64,000 nucleotides of DNA from Candidatus Bathyarchaeota archaeon (lineage in GTDB: Archaea > Thermoproteota > Bathyarchaeia > Bathyarchaeales > Bathycorpusculaceae): positions 512,001 to 576,000 of the forward strand of contig CAWFFH010000003.1 of assembly GCA_963815095.1 (NCBI GenBank), in the 5' to 3' direction. Both the position numbers and the translations under genes were made by a program. Position 1 is the stretch's first letter. The number at the start of each line of letters is the position of its first letter. Under the pieces are notes generated by a model. The model was not told the DNA's origin, made no database searches, and was given only the letters and a program-made list of their open reading frames with translations. Shown in pieces: positions 37,422 through 47,912 of the stretch.

Positions 37422-38690
37422 ATGGTGGCTTGTCAAGACTTGAAGATTGCTGTTTTTGTTTACGAGTACCCACCTAAAATCGTTGGTGGATTAGGAACAT
37501 ATGCTGCCGAGATTACACGTAAATTTGTTCTAAACGATCATGACGTTACCGTTTTTACAATGAATGATGATGCAGGTTCGTTACCGACACGAGAGATTTG
37601 GCGTGGAATAGAAATCCACCGCCCCCTCCACATAGACGTATCCGATTCATTGCCCGACGTAATCGCAGAGGACATACGGAAATGGGGCCGAGGCATTCAC
37701 TTGTTCGGCAAACTGATGGTTTATAACTATCTTTCCGCTGCAAAGCTGGTTAACGAACTTATCAAAAAAGAAGGCATGAAATACGATGTTGTTGTAGCGC
37801 ACGATTGGCTCTCAGCAATGGGCGGCATAACTGTTAAACGCGAAACTGGGTTACCGTTGGCTTTCCATGTTCACTCAACTGAGAAGGGCAGAACATTAGG
37901 CAATGGCTCCAGTGTTGTTAGCAACATCGAGTTACGAGGTGGCAAGATGGCCGACATGGTTGTCACGGTCTCGTACGCCATGAAAGACGAACTAGTCCAA
38001 TTGGGTTTTCCTAGAGAAAAAATCCAAGTCAGCTACAACGGCGTCGACCCCCAAAAATACAATCCCGTAAACGTTTCCAAAGAAAATATTCAAAAAATCA
38101 GGGCAAAATATGGCATCAAAGACGACGAGTTAATGATTCTTTTCCTCGGTCGTCTCGTCGTGGTTAAGGGCGTTGATAAGTTGATTATGGCAATGCCGCA
38201 TATCCTCTCAAAGATTCCTAAAGCCAAATTAGTCGTGGTAGGCGTCGGCGACTTGCAGGAATACCTAACCAACCTTACCCGAATGACGAAACTTGATGAG
38301 TACGTCAAGTTCTGCTTTGACTTCATCCCAGAAGAAGAACGCATCCAACATTATGCAGCTTGTGACATAGCAGTGTTTCCAAGCCACTACGAACCCTTTG
38401 GCATAGTTGCACTCGAAGCCATGAGTATGGAGAAACCCGTTGTCGTCGGCGCTGCCGGAGTTAGCGGTATGCGGGAAATAGTAATTTGCTGCGGAGAAGA
38501 ACAATGCGGCTACCACATAGACCCAAACAACCCCTCAGACATCGCTTGGGGCGTCATCAGCGCACTTGAAAGTCCTGAAAAACGACGGATGCTCGGCAAA
38601 AACGGCAGAAAACGAGTCTTAGCCGAATTCACATGGAGCAAAATCGCCGAGAAAACCGTACAGCTCTACGAAACAATCACTAAACGGTAA
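37422..38690 (+). CDS. GT4 glycosyltransferase (glycogen synthase-like)
   Basis: EYPP..VGGLG, HDW, HSTE.GR, YEPFGIVALEAM. Confidence 0.9.
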   Translation: MVACQDLKIAVFVYEYPPKIVGGLGTYAAEITRKFVLNDHDVTVFTMNDDAGSLPTREIWRGIEIHRPLHIDVSDSLPDVIAEDIRKWGRGIHLFGKLMVYNYLSAAKLVNELIKKEGMKYDVVVAHDWLSAMGGITVKRETGLPLAFHVHSTEKGRTLGNGSSVVSNIELRGGKMADMVVTVSYAMKDELVQLGFPREKIQVSYNGVDPQKYNPVNVSKENIQKIRAKYGIKDDELMILFLGRLVVVKGVDKLIMAMPHILSKIPKAKLVVVGVGDLQEYLTNLTRMTKLDEYVKFCFDFIPEEERIQHYAACDIAVFPSHYEPFGIVALEAMSMEKPVVVGAAGVSGMREIVICCGEEQCGYHIDPNNPSDIAWGVISALESPEKRRMLGKNGRKRVLAEFTWSKIAEKTVQLYETITKR

Positions 38691-38695
38691 ATCTT

Positions 38696-39310
38696 TTGAC
38701 AGACGACTTTGATTTAAAGCATCGAGTCGCAAGAGAAGCCGCTACCCTCCTTTATTTTGGAGCTGAAAAAGAGTACAAGCAAGCTAAGCAGAAAGCGGCC
38801 CAAACATTTGGCGTTCATTTTTTGCCCTCTAACCTCGAAATCGCCTTGGAACTTGATAATATAGCTGAGGAAAATGAAGGCGAGAATAGAAAAACACGCT
38901 TAATCCAAATGCGCAAAGAGGCATTGGAAGTAATGCATCTTTTAGCAGGGTGCTATCCAGTTTTGATTGGGAGCGTTTGGCGGGGAACGATCAAACAGGG
39001 AAGCGACATCGACATCGCCATTTACTCGGATGAACCCGAAGAAACCATCAAAATCCTCAAAGCAGGCGGAATAAAGATTTTGAAATCAGCTTGGACTACC
39101 GTTAACAAACGCGGCGCAACCTTGGAGTCTTTGCATATCTACGCTGAAACCGCATCTAAACATGGACTTGAAATTGTTGTCCGCAGCCGCGAGGAAGCAG
39201 GGAAAAAACGGAAATGTGAAACCTTCGGAGACGAGCTAAAAGGCTTAAACAGTAAGGAACTTGAAAAAGTTCTTGAAACTAACTCAACCCGACAGTTCAT
39301 CCCATCGTAA
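38696..39310 (+). CDS. Nucleotidyltransferase-domain protein
   Basis: GSVWRG.....SDIDI. Confidence 0.85.
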   Translation: MTDDFDLKHRVAREAATLLYFGAEKEYKQAKQKAAQTFGVHFLPSNLEIALELDNIAEENEGENRKTRLIQMRKEALEVMHLLAGCYPVLIGSVWRGTIKQGSDIDIAIYSDEPEETIKILKAGGIKILKSAWTTVNKRGATLESLHIYAETASKHGLEIVVRSREEAGKKRKCETFGDELKGLNSKELEKVLETNSTRQFIPS

Positions 39311-39390
39311 TTCTCTTTGAAAAAATGGTTTTTCATCAAAAAAGAAAATAAATGACGCTTTCAAATAATATTTTTGTGCGCTGATGCAAG

Positions 39391-39792
39391 ATGGCAATAG
39401 ATAAAAAATCCATCAAGAAAATATTTCCACACCTCTACAAGGAACTAGAAACTGGAGAAGTTAAAGTTCCAATTAATGCCGTACGCAAAAACCCGTTAGA
39501 GGCTGAAGAAGCTGCTATTGGAGAGGAATTTGAAGACTTCACTGAAGAAGTTACATCCTGCACTGAGACGCCTGATAAGCTTCGGCATTTTAATCCTTCC
39601 GCCATAGATTTTATTCGACGTTGCGACACCCAAGGGGAGGCAGAGGAAATTATCGCGTATCTGCAGAAGAAGGGCGAAATAACAAAGGAGAACGCTGAAC
39701 AGATGCGGTGCCAGCTCAAACGGGATGGCGTGAGAAGCTTCGGTCCCAAAAAAGAAGAAAACCACTACTTTAGAGAAGGCGGCATCTACTAA
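39391..39792 (+). CDS. DUF2095-like conserved archaeal protein
   Basis: FPHL..ELE...P.AIDFIRRCDT..EA.EII.YL.KKGEI...GVRSFG.KKE. Confidence 0.85.
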   Translation: MAIDKKSIKKIFPHLYKELETGEVKVPINAVRKNPLEAEEAAIGEEFEDFTEEVTSCTETPDKLRHFNPSAIDFIRRCDTQGEAEEIIAYLQKKGEITKENAEQMRCQLKRDGVRSFGPKKEENHYFREGGIY

Positions 39793-39895
39793 ACCTCTTA
39801 TTCTTGCGATCTAAAGATAAATAATAACTTCTAAAAGCCAATTGGGATTTGACTGGGAACCAGCTGAATAGCATGTCATAAACTATAAGTTTGTT

Positions 39896-40516
39896 TTAGA
39901 CAGCAAAGTCCTGGCATTTATTGAGCAAACCCAAAACTTTAGCATACAACTCTTCTGTCACAGCCTCTTTGGGTTTATCACCGTCAACTCGAACCAAATC
40001 GCCCTTCGCCACAAACTTGAGGTAAACTTCCCTGACTTTCTGTTGTGTTTCAAAGGTTTCCATAACAGATCTCTTTCGTTTCAGACGCTCAATAACGCGT
40101 TCAGGAGACACATCAAGGAAAATGCTGAAATCCGGCTGCAGAGCGCGGGCATTGATGGTTTTTATCCATTCTAAACTAAGTCCAGCACTGCCCTGGTATG
40201 CTAAAGATGAGTAAATGTAGCGGTCACAAATCACTAATTTTCCCTCGTCTAAGGCGGGCTTTACTTCTCTGTACATATGCTCGATGCGGTCGGCGGCGAA
40301 AAGTAAAGCTTCAGCTTCGGTTGGGAGACGTTTGTCTTCATAGAGGCAACCTTCGCGGATGAAGGCACCGATTTTGCCGCGGCTAGGCTCAGCAGTCAAC
40401 ACAACATTGTGACTTAGGGAAAGTTTGTTCGCGAGGAAGGTTGCTTGGGTAGTTTTTCCGCTTCCGTCTAAGCCTTCGATAACTATAAAGATGCCTTTTT
40501 TCCCCATTTTTGTCAA
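39896..40516 (-). CDS. tmk: Thymidylate kinase
   Basis: FIVIEGLDGSGKTTQ, LLFAADR, DRYIYSSLAYQ. Confidence 0.95.
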   Translation of the reverse strand: MTKMGKKGIFIVIEGLDGSGKTTQATFLANKLSLSHNVVLTAEPSRGKIGAFIREGCLYEDKRLPTEAEALLFAADRIEHMYREVKPALDEGKLVICDRYIYSSLAYQGSAGLSLEWIKTINARALQPDFSIFLDVSPERVIERLKRKRSVMETFETQQKVREVYLKFVAKGDLVRVDGDKPKEAVTEELYAKVLGLLNKCQDFAV

Positions 40517-40582
40517 CTCGGCTGGTTAGCGTTACACATTAATGGAAGTTACCTAAATATAGCTTACAACTGTGAGGCTGCG

Positions 40583-41866
40583 TTGGTGCCGAAAGCTTAC
40601 TGGGGAGAAATCAAGGATCCCGTACACGGATACGTGTACATTACTGAAGCCGAAAAAAACGTAATCGACACTTATCCTATGCAAAGACTCCGCAGGCTCA
40701 GGCAGCTTGCCGGTTCTGAATACGTATATCCCGGCGCTAACCACACACGTTTCGAACATTGCTTAGGAGTAATGTACCTTGCTGGACATGTTTTAGAAAA
40801 CCCTAACATTTCACGAATCGTTAACGATGAAGAAGTGGATATGTGCCGCATTTCAGCTCTTCTCCATGACTGTGGCCATGGACCTTTCTCACATGTCTTT
40901 GAGCACCTGTTAATCAAAGACCTCGAGAAAACCCACGAAGACATAACCTCATGGATTATAGAAAAGAGCGAAGTCAGCGACAAACTATCCAAGATGGGCT
41001 TCAACGCAAAGGAAGTCGCTGGGCTTGCAGTGGGCAAATTGCACAAAAAAGACCGCGCATTCCTCGATCAAATAATAAGCAGCGCGGTCGACGTTGACAA
41101 ACAAGATTTCATCGTGCGAGACACTTACCATACAGGAGCCGAATACGGCTTCATTGACGTTTACCGCCTCATACATGCACTTGACGTTTTGGGCGAAAAC
41201 TTGGCAGTTGAATTAGGAGCGTTGTCAGCTTTGGAAGCTTTCGTTATTGCCCGAATTGAATCTTTTAAGAGCATCTATTTCCACCGCGTTGGACGAGCCG
41301 CACAAATTATGCTGGCTACTGCTATGGACAAGGCCAACAAAGAACTTGGTCTAACAGCCTTCAAAACACCCGAAGAATACATGGCATTGGACGATTACAC
41401 CGTTTGGGCAGCACTCAGAAAATGCAAAGCATCTAACGAAGTAATCAGCAACTTAGAAAATCGGCGCATGCTCAAATGCGCTTACGAACGGACCTTCTAC
41501 GAGAAGGACGCTATGATATCTAATTTATTCGGTCGCGAGGCGTACCGGCGACAGGTGCAGAGTGAAATCGCCAGAGAGGCAGGAGTCGAATTAGATTCCG
41601 TTATAATTGATGTGCCAACGGTGCCTTCTGTCCCCTATCATCACGCAGTACTTATGGAATCAACCGAAATTCCAGTCTTCACAAGAAGTCCAGGGGGAGA
41701 AAAGAAGCTCCAACGGCTAAGTGAGAGCTCCAAGATTTTTGAAACCCTCAAAGGTTTCATGAATATCTTGCGCGTCTACACCTCAGAGGCCGATAGAGCA
41801 AAGGTCGAGAAAGCAACCGCGAAGATTCTGGGCAAGATTCCTTCGGCCGCAAAAATCTCATTCTAA
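40583..41866 (+). CDS. HD-domain phosphohydrolase (dNTP triphosphohydrolase-like)
   Basis: DPVHG, QRLRRLRQL, YPGANHTRFEH, LLHDCGHGPFSH. Confidence 0.9.
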   Translation: MVPKAYWGEIKDPVHGYVYITEAEKNVIDTYPMQRLRRLRQLAGSEYVYPGANHTRFEHCLGVMYLAGHVLENPNISRIVNDEEVDMCRISALLHDCGHGPFSHVFEHLLIKDLEKTHEDITSWIIEKSEVSDKLSKMGFNAKEVAGLAVGKLHKKDRAFLDQIISSAVDVDKQDFIVRDTYHTGAEYGFIDVYRLIHALDVLGENLAVELGALSALEAFVIARIESFKSIYFHRVGRAAQIMLATAMDKANKELGLTAFKTPEEYMALDDYTVWAALRKCKASNEVISNLENRRMLKCAYERTFYEKDAMISNLFGREAYRRQVQSEIAREAGVELDSVIIDVPTVPSVPYHHAVLMESTEIPVFTRSPGGEKKLQRLSESSKIFETLKGFMNILRVYTSEADRAKVEKATAKILGKIPSAAKISF

Positions 41867-41943
41867 TTCTGTGATTGGCTTTTTTCTTAAATACTAGGTG
41901 TTGCTTAAGAAAACAACACGAAGAACGCTAAGAAGGGAACTGT

Positions 41944-42462
41944 ATGTCAAAGGATAACGCAGATGACAGAAAAATCATAAGTGTGCGAATCAAAAGAAAA
42001 CCGGAGCCAAAGACAGAGTCATCTCCGCTTTATTCAGAAAAAGATGTTCGCCGTTTCGTTTCAGAGTTTGTTTCTTCTTGGATAAGAGGAGACATAATTA
42101 TCCGATTCCCAACAGCTGCTGAGTTGGCAAAGAAGACACCGCTTAGTATCGCGTTCCCAACTGACCCCTCTGTTAACGCTGAATTAAAAATCAAAGAACA
42201 CTATGTTGACCTTCTTTCGGTAATCGCTGGAACAAAACCTGCATCCGCCGAGGAACAGCAAAGAGCAATCGATGAAGTTTTCAAGATGTTGCTTATGTTC
42301 CGTAGCGCAAATCGAATTGAAGGTAAAATCATCTCAAACGACCTCGAAAAAAGAATCCAAGATCTCGAAAAAACCAACGCAAATCAAGCTAAACTTGTCG
42401 AGCAAATAACTGCCTTTTTGTTTACCCCAAAAAAACCCAAAGCCGTCAAGCCTGTTAGCTAA
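41944..42462 (+). CDS. Hypothetical protein
   Basis: 172-aa ORF with C-terminal coiled coil. Confidence 0.65.
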   Translation: MSKDNADDRKIISVRIKRKPEPKTESSPLYSEKDVRRFVSEFVSSWIRGDIIIRFPTAAELAKKTPLSIAFPTDPSVNAELKIKEHYVDLLSVIAGTKPASAEEQQRAIDEVFKMLLMFRSANRIEGKIISNDLEKRIQDLEKTNANQAKLVEQITAFLFTPKKPKAVKPVS

Positions 42463-42534
42463 AAGTATGGTTCTGGAAGGGTAAGGTTTATTCGAGGGAA
42501 AAAGCATTCTGGTTGATGCTTTATTGTAAAAAGC

Positions 42535-42612
42535 GCTCCGGTAGTATAGTCCGGTCAAGTATACTGGCCTTTCGAGTCGGCGACCCGGGTCCAAATCCCG
42601 GCCGGAGCACCA
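42535..42612 (+). tRNA. tRNA-Glu(TTC)
   Basis: GCTCCGG...CTGGC-CT-TTC-GA-GTCGG...CCGGAGC-A-CCA cloverleaf. Confidence 0.92.
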
Positions 42613-42885
42613 ATTCTACTATTCTCTTTCTTCGGGTGATTAATGCTCTAAGCGTGTGCTTGTCGAGTTGGTTTTGGTAAGTGAGATTTTTTCCGTATTT
42701 TCGCAGGTTAGTTTACCAAATTCTAATCCTTGCAAAAGACACTTCAATTGGGACGTTGCTTAACCAAGGTTTTTCCAAAATTTAGCTTTGGGATTATATT
42801 TGACGAGGTATAGATTTTTCTGAGAAAAAAGTTCACTTATTTGACAAAAAAGAAGAAGGTGAGAAAAGTTAAGTTATGAGCTTAC

Positions 42886-43107
42886 TTATTTTCCCATGAT
42901 TTTTCTAGCGGCGATTTCTATGTCTTCCGCTTTGATAGTTTTTCTTCCAGCATGCATCGCAAAATCGAGTGCTTCTTTGGCGATTTTTACGCCGATATCT
43001 TCTAGTGCCTTTGCGAGTTCTTTTGCTGCTGCTTCAGATACTCTGTCAGCGCCTGCTTTTTTGCATAATCTGTGCATGGGGGCTACGGCTATTTCTAATT
43101 CAGTCAT
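42886..43107 (-). CDS. Archaeal histone (HMf family)
   Basis: APMHRL.KKAGADRVSE.A...L.....A...A.HAGRKTIKAEDI. Confidence 0.95.
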   Translation of the reverse strand: MTELEIAVAPMHRLCKKAGADRVSEAAAKELAKALEDIGVKIAKEALDFAMHAGRKTIKAEDIEIAARKIMGK

Positions 43108-43256
43108 ATCGACATCTCTTTAGCTTCTTTTTCTCTTTAAGGCAATATTTAACCTTTGTTATTGTTTTTTTCCTTGAATCACCCATAACAATCAACTTGC
43201 CCTTTGAGGAAAGAAAAATTATTAAACACTCATTTGTGAATATAGCGTTGAGAAAG

Positions 43257-44030
43257 ATGAAACTAATAGATGCTCACGTTCACCTGTCCGACGCAGAATA
43301 TGTCGGGCACATAGATGAATTGATAGCTGATGCAAAAAACGCGGGCGTAACCGCATTAGTCACCAATTCAATGGATCTAAAAACTTGTATAAACGACATT
43401 AAACTAGCCCAAGAATACCCCGACCTTGTTATTCCAGCCTTAGGAATCCACCCCTGGAACGTAAACGTCCTCAAGGAAAATGAACTTCAAGAAACCATAG
43501 ACTTTATTCAAAAACAAAAGGGTATCGTCAAAGCAATAGGTGAAATCGGCTTAGACTACAAGTACGAAACCATTTGGGAAAAACAAACAATTGTCTTCGA
43601 CAAAATGCTCCACCTGGCCGAAACACTTGAGCTACCTGTTATCATACATTCTCGTGGAACAACAGACAAAATCGTCGAAATGCTTCCCTCTTACAACCTC
43701 AAACGCGTGTTGTTGCATTGGTTTAGTCACCCCATGAGCGCCCTCGCCAAAGCATTAGACAACGGCTACTTCATTACCGAAGGTCCACCAGCGACCTACT
43801 CCAATGGCATTCGAGAAGTCATAGACAACACTCCCATAACCAACTTGTTAACAGAAACTGACGGTCCGGTAACCTATTGGAAACAACCCTTTAATGGGCA
43901 ATTAACTAAGCCCTCGTACATACGCAATGTGGTTACCGCAGTGGCTGAAATAAAAAAAATGCACGCAGAAAATGTTGCGGAGCAAATAATCAAGAACTTT
44001 GAGACATTCTTCAACATAAAAGTAAACTGA
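43257..44030 (+). CDS. tatD: TatD-family hydrolase
   Basis: LIDAHVH, GIHP, AIGEIGLD, IIHSR, LTETDGP; likely start ATG 43257. Confidence 0.92.
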   Translation: MKLIDAHVHLSDAEYVGHIDELIADAKNAGVTALVTNSMDLKTCINDIKLAQEYPDLVIPALGIHPWNVNVLKENELQETIDFIQKQKGIVKAIGEIGLDYKYETIWEKQTIVFDKMLHLAETLELPVIIHSRGTTDKIVEMLPSYNLKRVLLHWFSHPMSALAKALDNGYFITEGPPATYSNGIREVIDNTPITNLLTETDGPVTYWKQPFNGQLTKPSYIRNVVTAVAEIKKMHAENVAEQIIKNFETFFNIKVN

Positions 44031-44090
44031 AAGATTCATTTTTTTCTGCCAAGTTCACCTCCCAGTTTGCCGGTCACTTAATTCGCTTCG

Positions 44091-44336
44091 TTAAGGCGTA
44101 AACTTAAAATTAGCTAACTTGAGAGGGGATTTAACAGTTTTATTTTTACCACTTGCAGATAGATTTAATTGATTTATTCCACTTGCTTCAAAAAACTTTT
44201 CAGGCTTAAATTTCGCATTATCTAAAGCGAATAACTTAACAAGCTCAGAAATAAAGCCTTCCTTGGTTTCGCTTTCACTGGTTTTAATCAATTTAGCTAT
44301 TTTTTCAAAGTGTTGTTTACTGAACATACTTACCAA
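44091..44336 (-). CDS. Small hypothetical protein of the element
   Basis: MFSKQHFEKIAKLI...LF..DN.KF..EKF..A; overlaps the ATPase stop. Confidence 0.6.
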   Translation of the reverse strand: MVSMFSKQHFEKIAKLIKTSESETKEGFISELVKLFALDNAKFKPEKFFEASGINQLNLSASGKNKTVKSPLKLANFKFTP

Positions 44337-45463
44337 TTCTCCATAAATTCACTATCTTCACTTAGAAAGTCTTCATCAAGTTCATTATCTTCTTTTTCAC
44401 TTTCTAAAGCTTCCAAGTTTTCACTTTCTTTTTCTATTTTGTTTAGTTCTGTTTCTGGTTCTTCTATTTCTGTTTCTGAATTCTCACTTTCAAATAAACT
44501 GTTGGGTTTCTTGAATCTTTTAGGCACAGAGAATGGGTTAAGCCATAAACCAATTTTTTCTGTTAAACTTAGAGGTTTAGGTTTTGGCAGACTGATAAGC
44601 CATTCTTTTTTTATTTCTGCATTGATTTTATAGGGCTTAAGATGTTGCTTAAACTCTGGGGATTCAAACACTTCTCCATTAAAAAACCAGTGTTTAAAAG
44701 GCATTTCAGCGAAGCTTATCTTATACTGCTTTTCAAGTCTTCTCAAATTAGGTGTGATGTCTTCAGAACTTAAGCGTCCTAAAACTTGAATCTGTTTAGC
44801 TCTTACTGTCTTAGACATGTCTGTTAGTCTCTGGGAACAACTAAAGAAACTCTCTCGATTATTACGTGCTTCATTAAAGACAGTTAAGAATTCTTCGCAT
44901 TCGTTCTTGGCTGTACTTCTTGAGTTAAAAGCGTCTTGTGCTTCTTCTAAAATGTAAGCAATAGCCTTAGTGTTTTCATGATTGACTGTGTGCTGTTTTT
45001 CTATTCGCTGTTGATTGTCTAAATAATTTATTATTGTTCTAATCGCAAAACTTCTTTTACTTGGCTTTCTTGTGGACAAATTAAATAGAATGTCCTTATG
45101 CTTTTCCAGAGCTAACTTAACTAAATGCCAATTCTCAAAGCTGTATTTCTCTGAGTCTTCAGTGCTCTTTCTTTCGTTGCTTAGTATGTCGTGTTCTCTA
45201 ATCTGAAAAACTGGTATTTGACTGAACCCGTAAAGCCATGCTAAAGAACCATCAAAAGCGATTAAGCGAACTTCAGGATTTTTCATTAATTCTTCGGCGA
45301 TTTTAAATAATAATCTGCTTTTTCCATGTCCCTTGCTTGCTGTTGCTTGTATTCCGCCACTGGTTAAGCCTTGATAAATCATGTCTTCAAAATCTCTTTT
45401 GCAATGTTGGTTTATGTTGCTCTGCTTTGTTGCGCCTTCTTGCTCTTCTTCTGCGTTAGTCAT
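44330..45463 (-). CDS. P-loop ATPase, FtsK/HerA/Zot-like (possible genome-packaging ATPase)
   Basis: Walker A ASKGHGKS, Walker B YILEEAQ, ARN, SQR...KTVR; acidic C-terminal tail. Confidence 0.8.
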   Translation of the reverse strand: MTNAEEEQEGATKQSNINQHCKRDFEDMIYQGLTSGGIQATASKGHGKSRLLFKIAEELMKNPEVRLIAFDGSLAWLYGFSQIPVFQIREHDILSNERKSTEDSEKYSFENWHLVKLALEKHKDILFNLSTRKPSKRSFAIRTIINYLDNQQRIEKQHTVNHENTKAIAYILEEAQDAFNSRSTAKNECEEFLTVFNEARNNRESFFSCSQRLTDMSKTVRAKQIQVLGRLSSEDITPNLRRLEKQYKISFAEMPFKHWFFNGEVFESPEFKQHLKPYKINAEIKKEWLISLPKPKPLSLTEKIGLWLNPFSVPKRFKKPNSLFESENSETEIEEPETELNKIEKESENLEALESEKEDNELDEDFLSEDSEFMENW

Positions 45464-45816
45464 ATGCGTTTTTCCTTAATTCAGTGGGCTATTTAATGAA
45501 AAATGGTCGATTTAAGGCGTATCTTCGAAGCTTTTCGATAAAAAAGCATTAAAAACAGCCATTTTCTGATATTGAGCCCGAAAAATCCTTACATAACAAG
45601 AATTTTTTAGCTAATTTTATGGTGGGAATAGTTTTCATTAGAATTTAGACAATTTTGAAAAGACTTTCTTAATTTTTTAAAGCGTTTATTGGGAATATCA
45701 TGAATCTTTTTGGAATGATTTGAAATAGCTTATCCAAAAGGATTCCGTAACCATTATGAACAGAGACTATTTTTTCAGACTTATTTTTTTTGGAGCAATC
45801 TTTTTTTCTTGAATAT

Positions 45817-46590
45817 CTAAGGAGAGGGGGGGTCATTGCTCCATAATTCTTTTGATGCCAGTCTCAAATTATGCTCTTCAAGAGCTTTAACAAAATCTTT
45901 GTTTTCTTTCAAAGGAGATTTTATTTCTGGAAAATGAACAAATATTAGATACAAATAGAAATTACAAACGGCTCTAAGTGATTTGTATATGTTTGTCACT
46001 TCACTGCATTCAACATTCGAACGACCATATGTGCTACTCATGAAGTCAACGGCTGTGTCAATAAGTTGCTGATGGGAAGGATGAATCCTTTTTGAAAGAT
46101 TTTTCCATTCATTAACTATTCCGCCTTTGCAGGGGAGATTAATTTCTTTTAATAGACCATTCATTCTCAGTTCTTTATTCTCTCCTTTTCTTAAAATGTT
46201 CAGTTTTTTTTCAAAATCAATGTTAGGATAGGTAGTGTCAACATATTCAGATTGTACCATTGACTCAAGCATTTATCTGATATTATGGTATGCGTTTCTG
46301 TAGAGTCCACAGGCAGATAGGTACATTGTTCCAATTATTGAACGAAATGATTCCACAAAACAAGTGAAAAGAAGTCGTTGGCTGTATCTGTCGGAGATGA
46401 ATCCATTCTTGATAAACGAAGGAATTCTGTGGAAAGTGGCGAAAGTAAAGCCCATGAGAAGCATTAATTCCTTTATTTTTAATAAGTCGGGGCAACCCTT
46501 TTTTGAAACCTCTACTGCTTCTTGAAATATCTCGAAATGGAAATCCTCTGTAATGTTACGCAACCACTTAGACGGGTCAGTTTGAGACAC
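45817..46590 (-). pseudogene. Helical (HEPN-like) protein split by an in-frame TAA
   Basis: 46273..46590 and 45817..46272 are one frame: ...AYHNIR*MLES...; LSKRIHP motif near the C-terminus. Confidence 0.65.
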
Positions 46591-46762
46591 TATTTCCTCA
46601 CTTTAAGAAGTCTATCCGAACCAAATAATTTGTTGTCATTTTAAGAACTATATTCAATCTATACTTTTGGAATGCTTTTAGTTTTTGTGGTTAACTTCGT
46701 TCATTATTTCAGAGTCAAAATTATTTATGCTTAGAACACCTATTCAACTATGAGTGAATAAT

Positions 46763-46861
46763 ATGCCTAAAAAAGGAACAGAAAAAGTAGAGTTTAAAGC
46801 AAAGGTTATGGTTCCCAAAACGAAAACAGTTACATTCTACGCTAAGAAAAAGAAAAAGTAG
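46763..46861 (+). CDS. 32-aa Lys-rich microprotein (not in ORF track)
   Basis: MPKKGTEKVEFKAKVMVPKTKTVTFYAKKKKK, preceded by GAGTGA and a TTTATG box. Confidence 0.5.
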   Translation: MPKKGTEKVEFKAKVMVPKTKTVTFYAKKKKK

Positions 46862-46985
46862 CAGTTTTGCTTACTCTATGAAAAATAGTTTTGTTGCTTA
46901 ATTAGAGTAATCTCTATCAATTTTCAAAACTTCTATCTACCAAAATTATTTAAATTTAAACAGATACTCTCACAAGGGGACATTA

Positions 46986-47510
46986 TTGTTTTTTGAAGAA
47001 GACAAGAAAAGAACGAAGCCAAATCAAGCATTAAAAAAAATGATCTACATAAGAGACAAAGGCGTTTGTAGGTTGTGCAGTGAAAGAGTTGATCCTTTTA
47101 ATTTTGAAGTTGGTCACGATATAGCACATTCAAAGGGTGGAAAACTAAATCTGCAAAATGCAATTTTGCTTTGTTCCCTTTGCAATAAATCTATGAGAAC
47201 TCTAACTCTAAAACAAGCAAGGAAAGCACTCGGTATAAAATCTCCAGAAGTGGACTCAAAGAAAGCGCTTAAGAAACTCAGTATGAAGGAACTAAAGTTT
47301 CTTGCAAAGAATCATAGAATCAAAGTGAAAGGTAAAGTCTCAGAAGGGTTCCTGAGTAGTACCACTTTAGCTCCGACTAAAGCTCAGTATGTAAATGCTT
47401 TAGCCAAAGAAATGATGGGTGAGCAGATTAATGAAGAAATAAAAAAAATTCCAAAACCAGAACCTAAGAAAAAAAGTAGAAAAAAGAATGACTCTTTTTC
47501 TTTTTTTTGA
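46986..47510 (+). CDS. HNH endonuclease with basic C-terminal domain
   Basis: RDKGVCRLC, EVGHDIAHSKGG....N..LLC..CN. Confidence 0.88.
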   Translation: MFFEEDKKRTKPNQALKKMIYIRDKGVCRLCSERVDPFNFEVGHDIAHSKGGKLNLQNAILLCSLCNKSMRTLTLKQARKALGIKSPEVDSKKALKKLSMKELKFLAKNHRIKVKGKVSEGFLSSTTLAPTKAQYVNALAKEMMGEQINEEIKKIPKPEPKKKSRKKNDSFSFF

Positions 47511-47831
47511 CTCAATTTTAATTCCATGCTAAAGATTTAAGACATGGTACCTTGAAGAAATTGCCTTAATGAAAGATAAAGACTATATAAAATCGCGTTA
47601 ATCCACGGTTATTTTTTTAAATTATATTGTTTGCGCAAGCCTTAACCTTTAGACTATTTGGTTTTTAAAGCTTTTTTTGGTGAAAAGGGGATTAAATCAG
47701 ACTTTATTATTTCGAGTTTTTTGTTTATTCTTTATGGTATTGTTGCAAAATTTACGGAATGTATTGCATGTTTAATGTGAAATCACCTTATATATGCGAT
47801 AACTGTAATTTTTAAAATGGTGTTAACACCA

Positions 47832-47912
47832 CTGAGGATAAAACAAGTCAGTGGGATGGTTAGGGGTGGTCTGCGAGCCATTTGTGAAACCATTCCACTA
47901 ACTTGTCCTCAG
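47832..47912. other. Long imperfect hairpin (candidate ncRNA or origin)
   Basis: CTGAGGA..ACAAGT.AGTGGGATGGTT pairs with AACCATTCCACT.ACTTGTCCTCAG; adjacent palindrome GGTGTTAACACC. Confidence 0.55.

Noticed and set aside
42969-43256. Long N-terminal extension of TatD
   Set aside because: Overlaps the histone gene antisense; TatD motifs begin at ATG 43257
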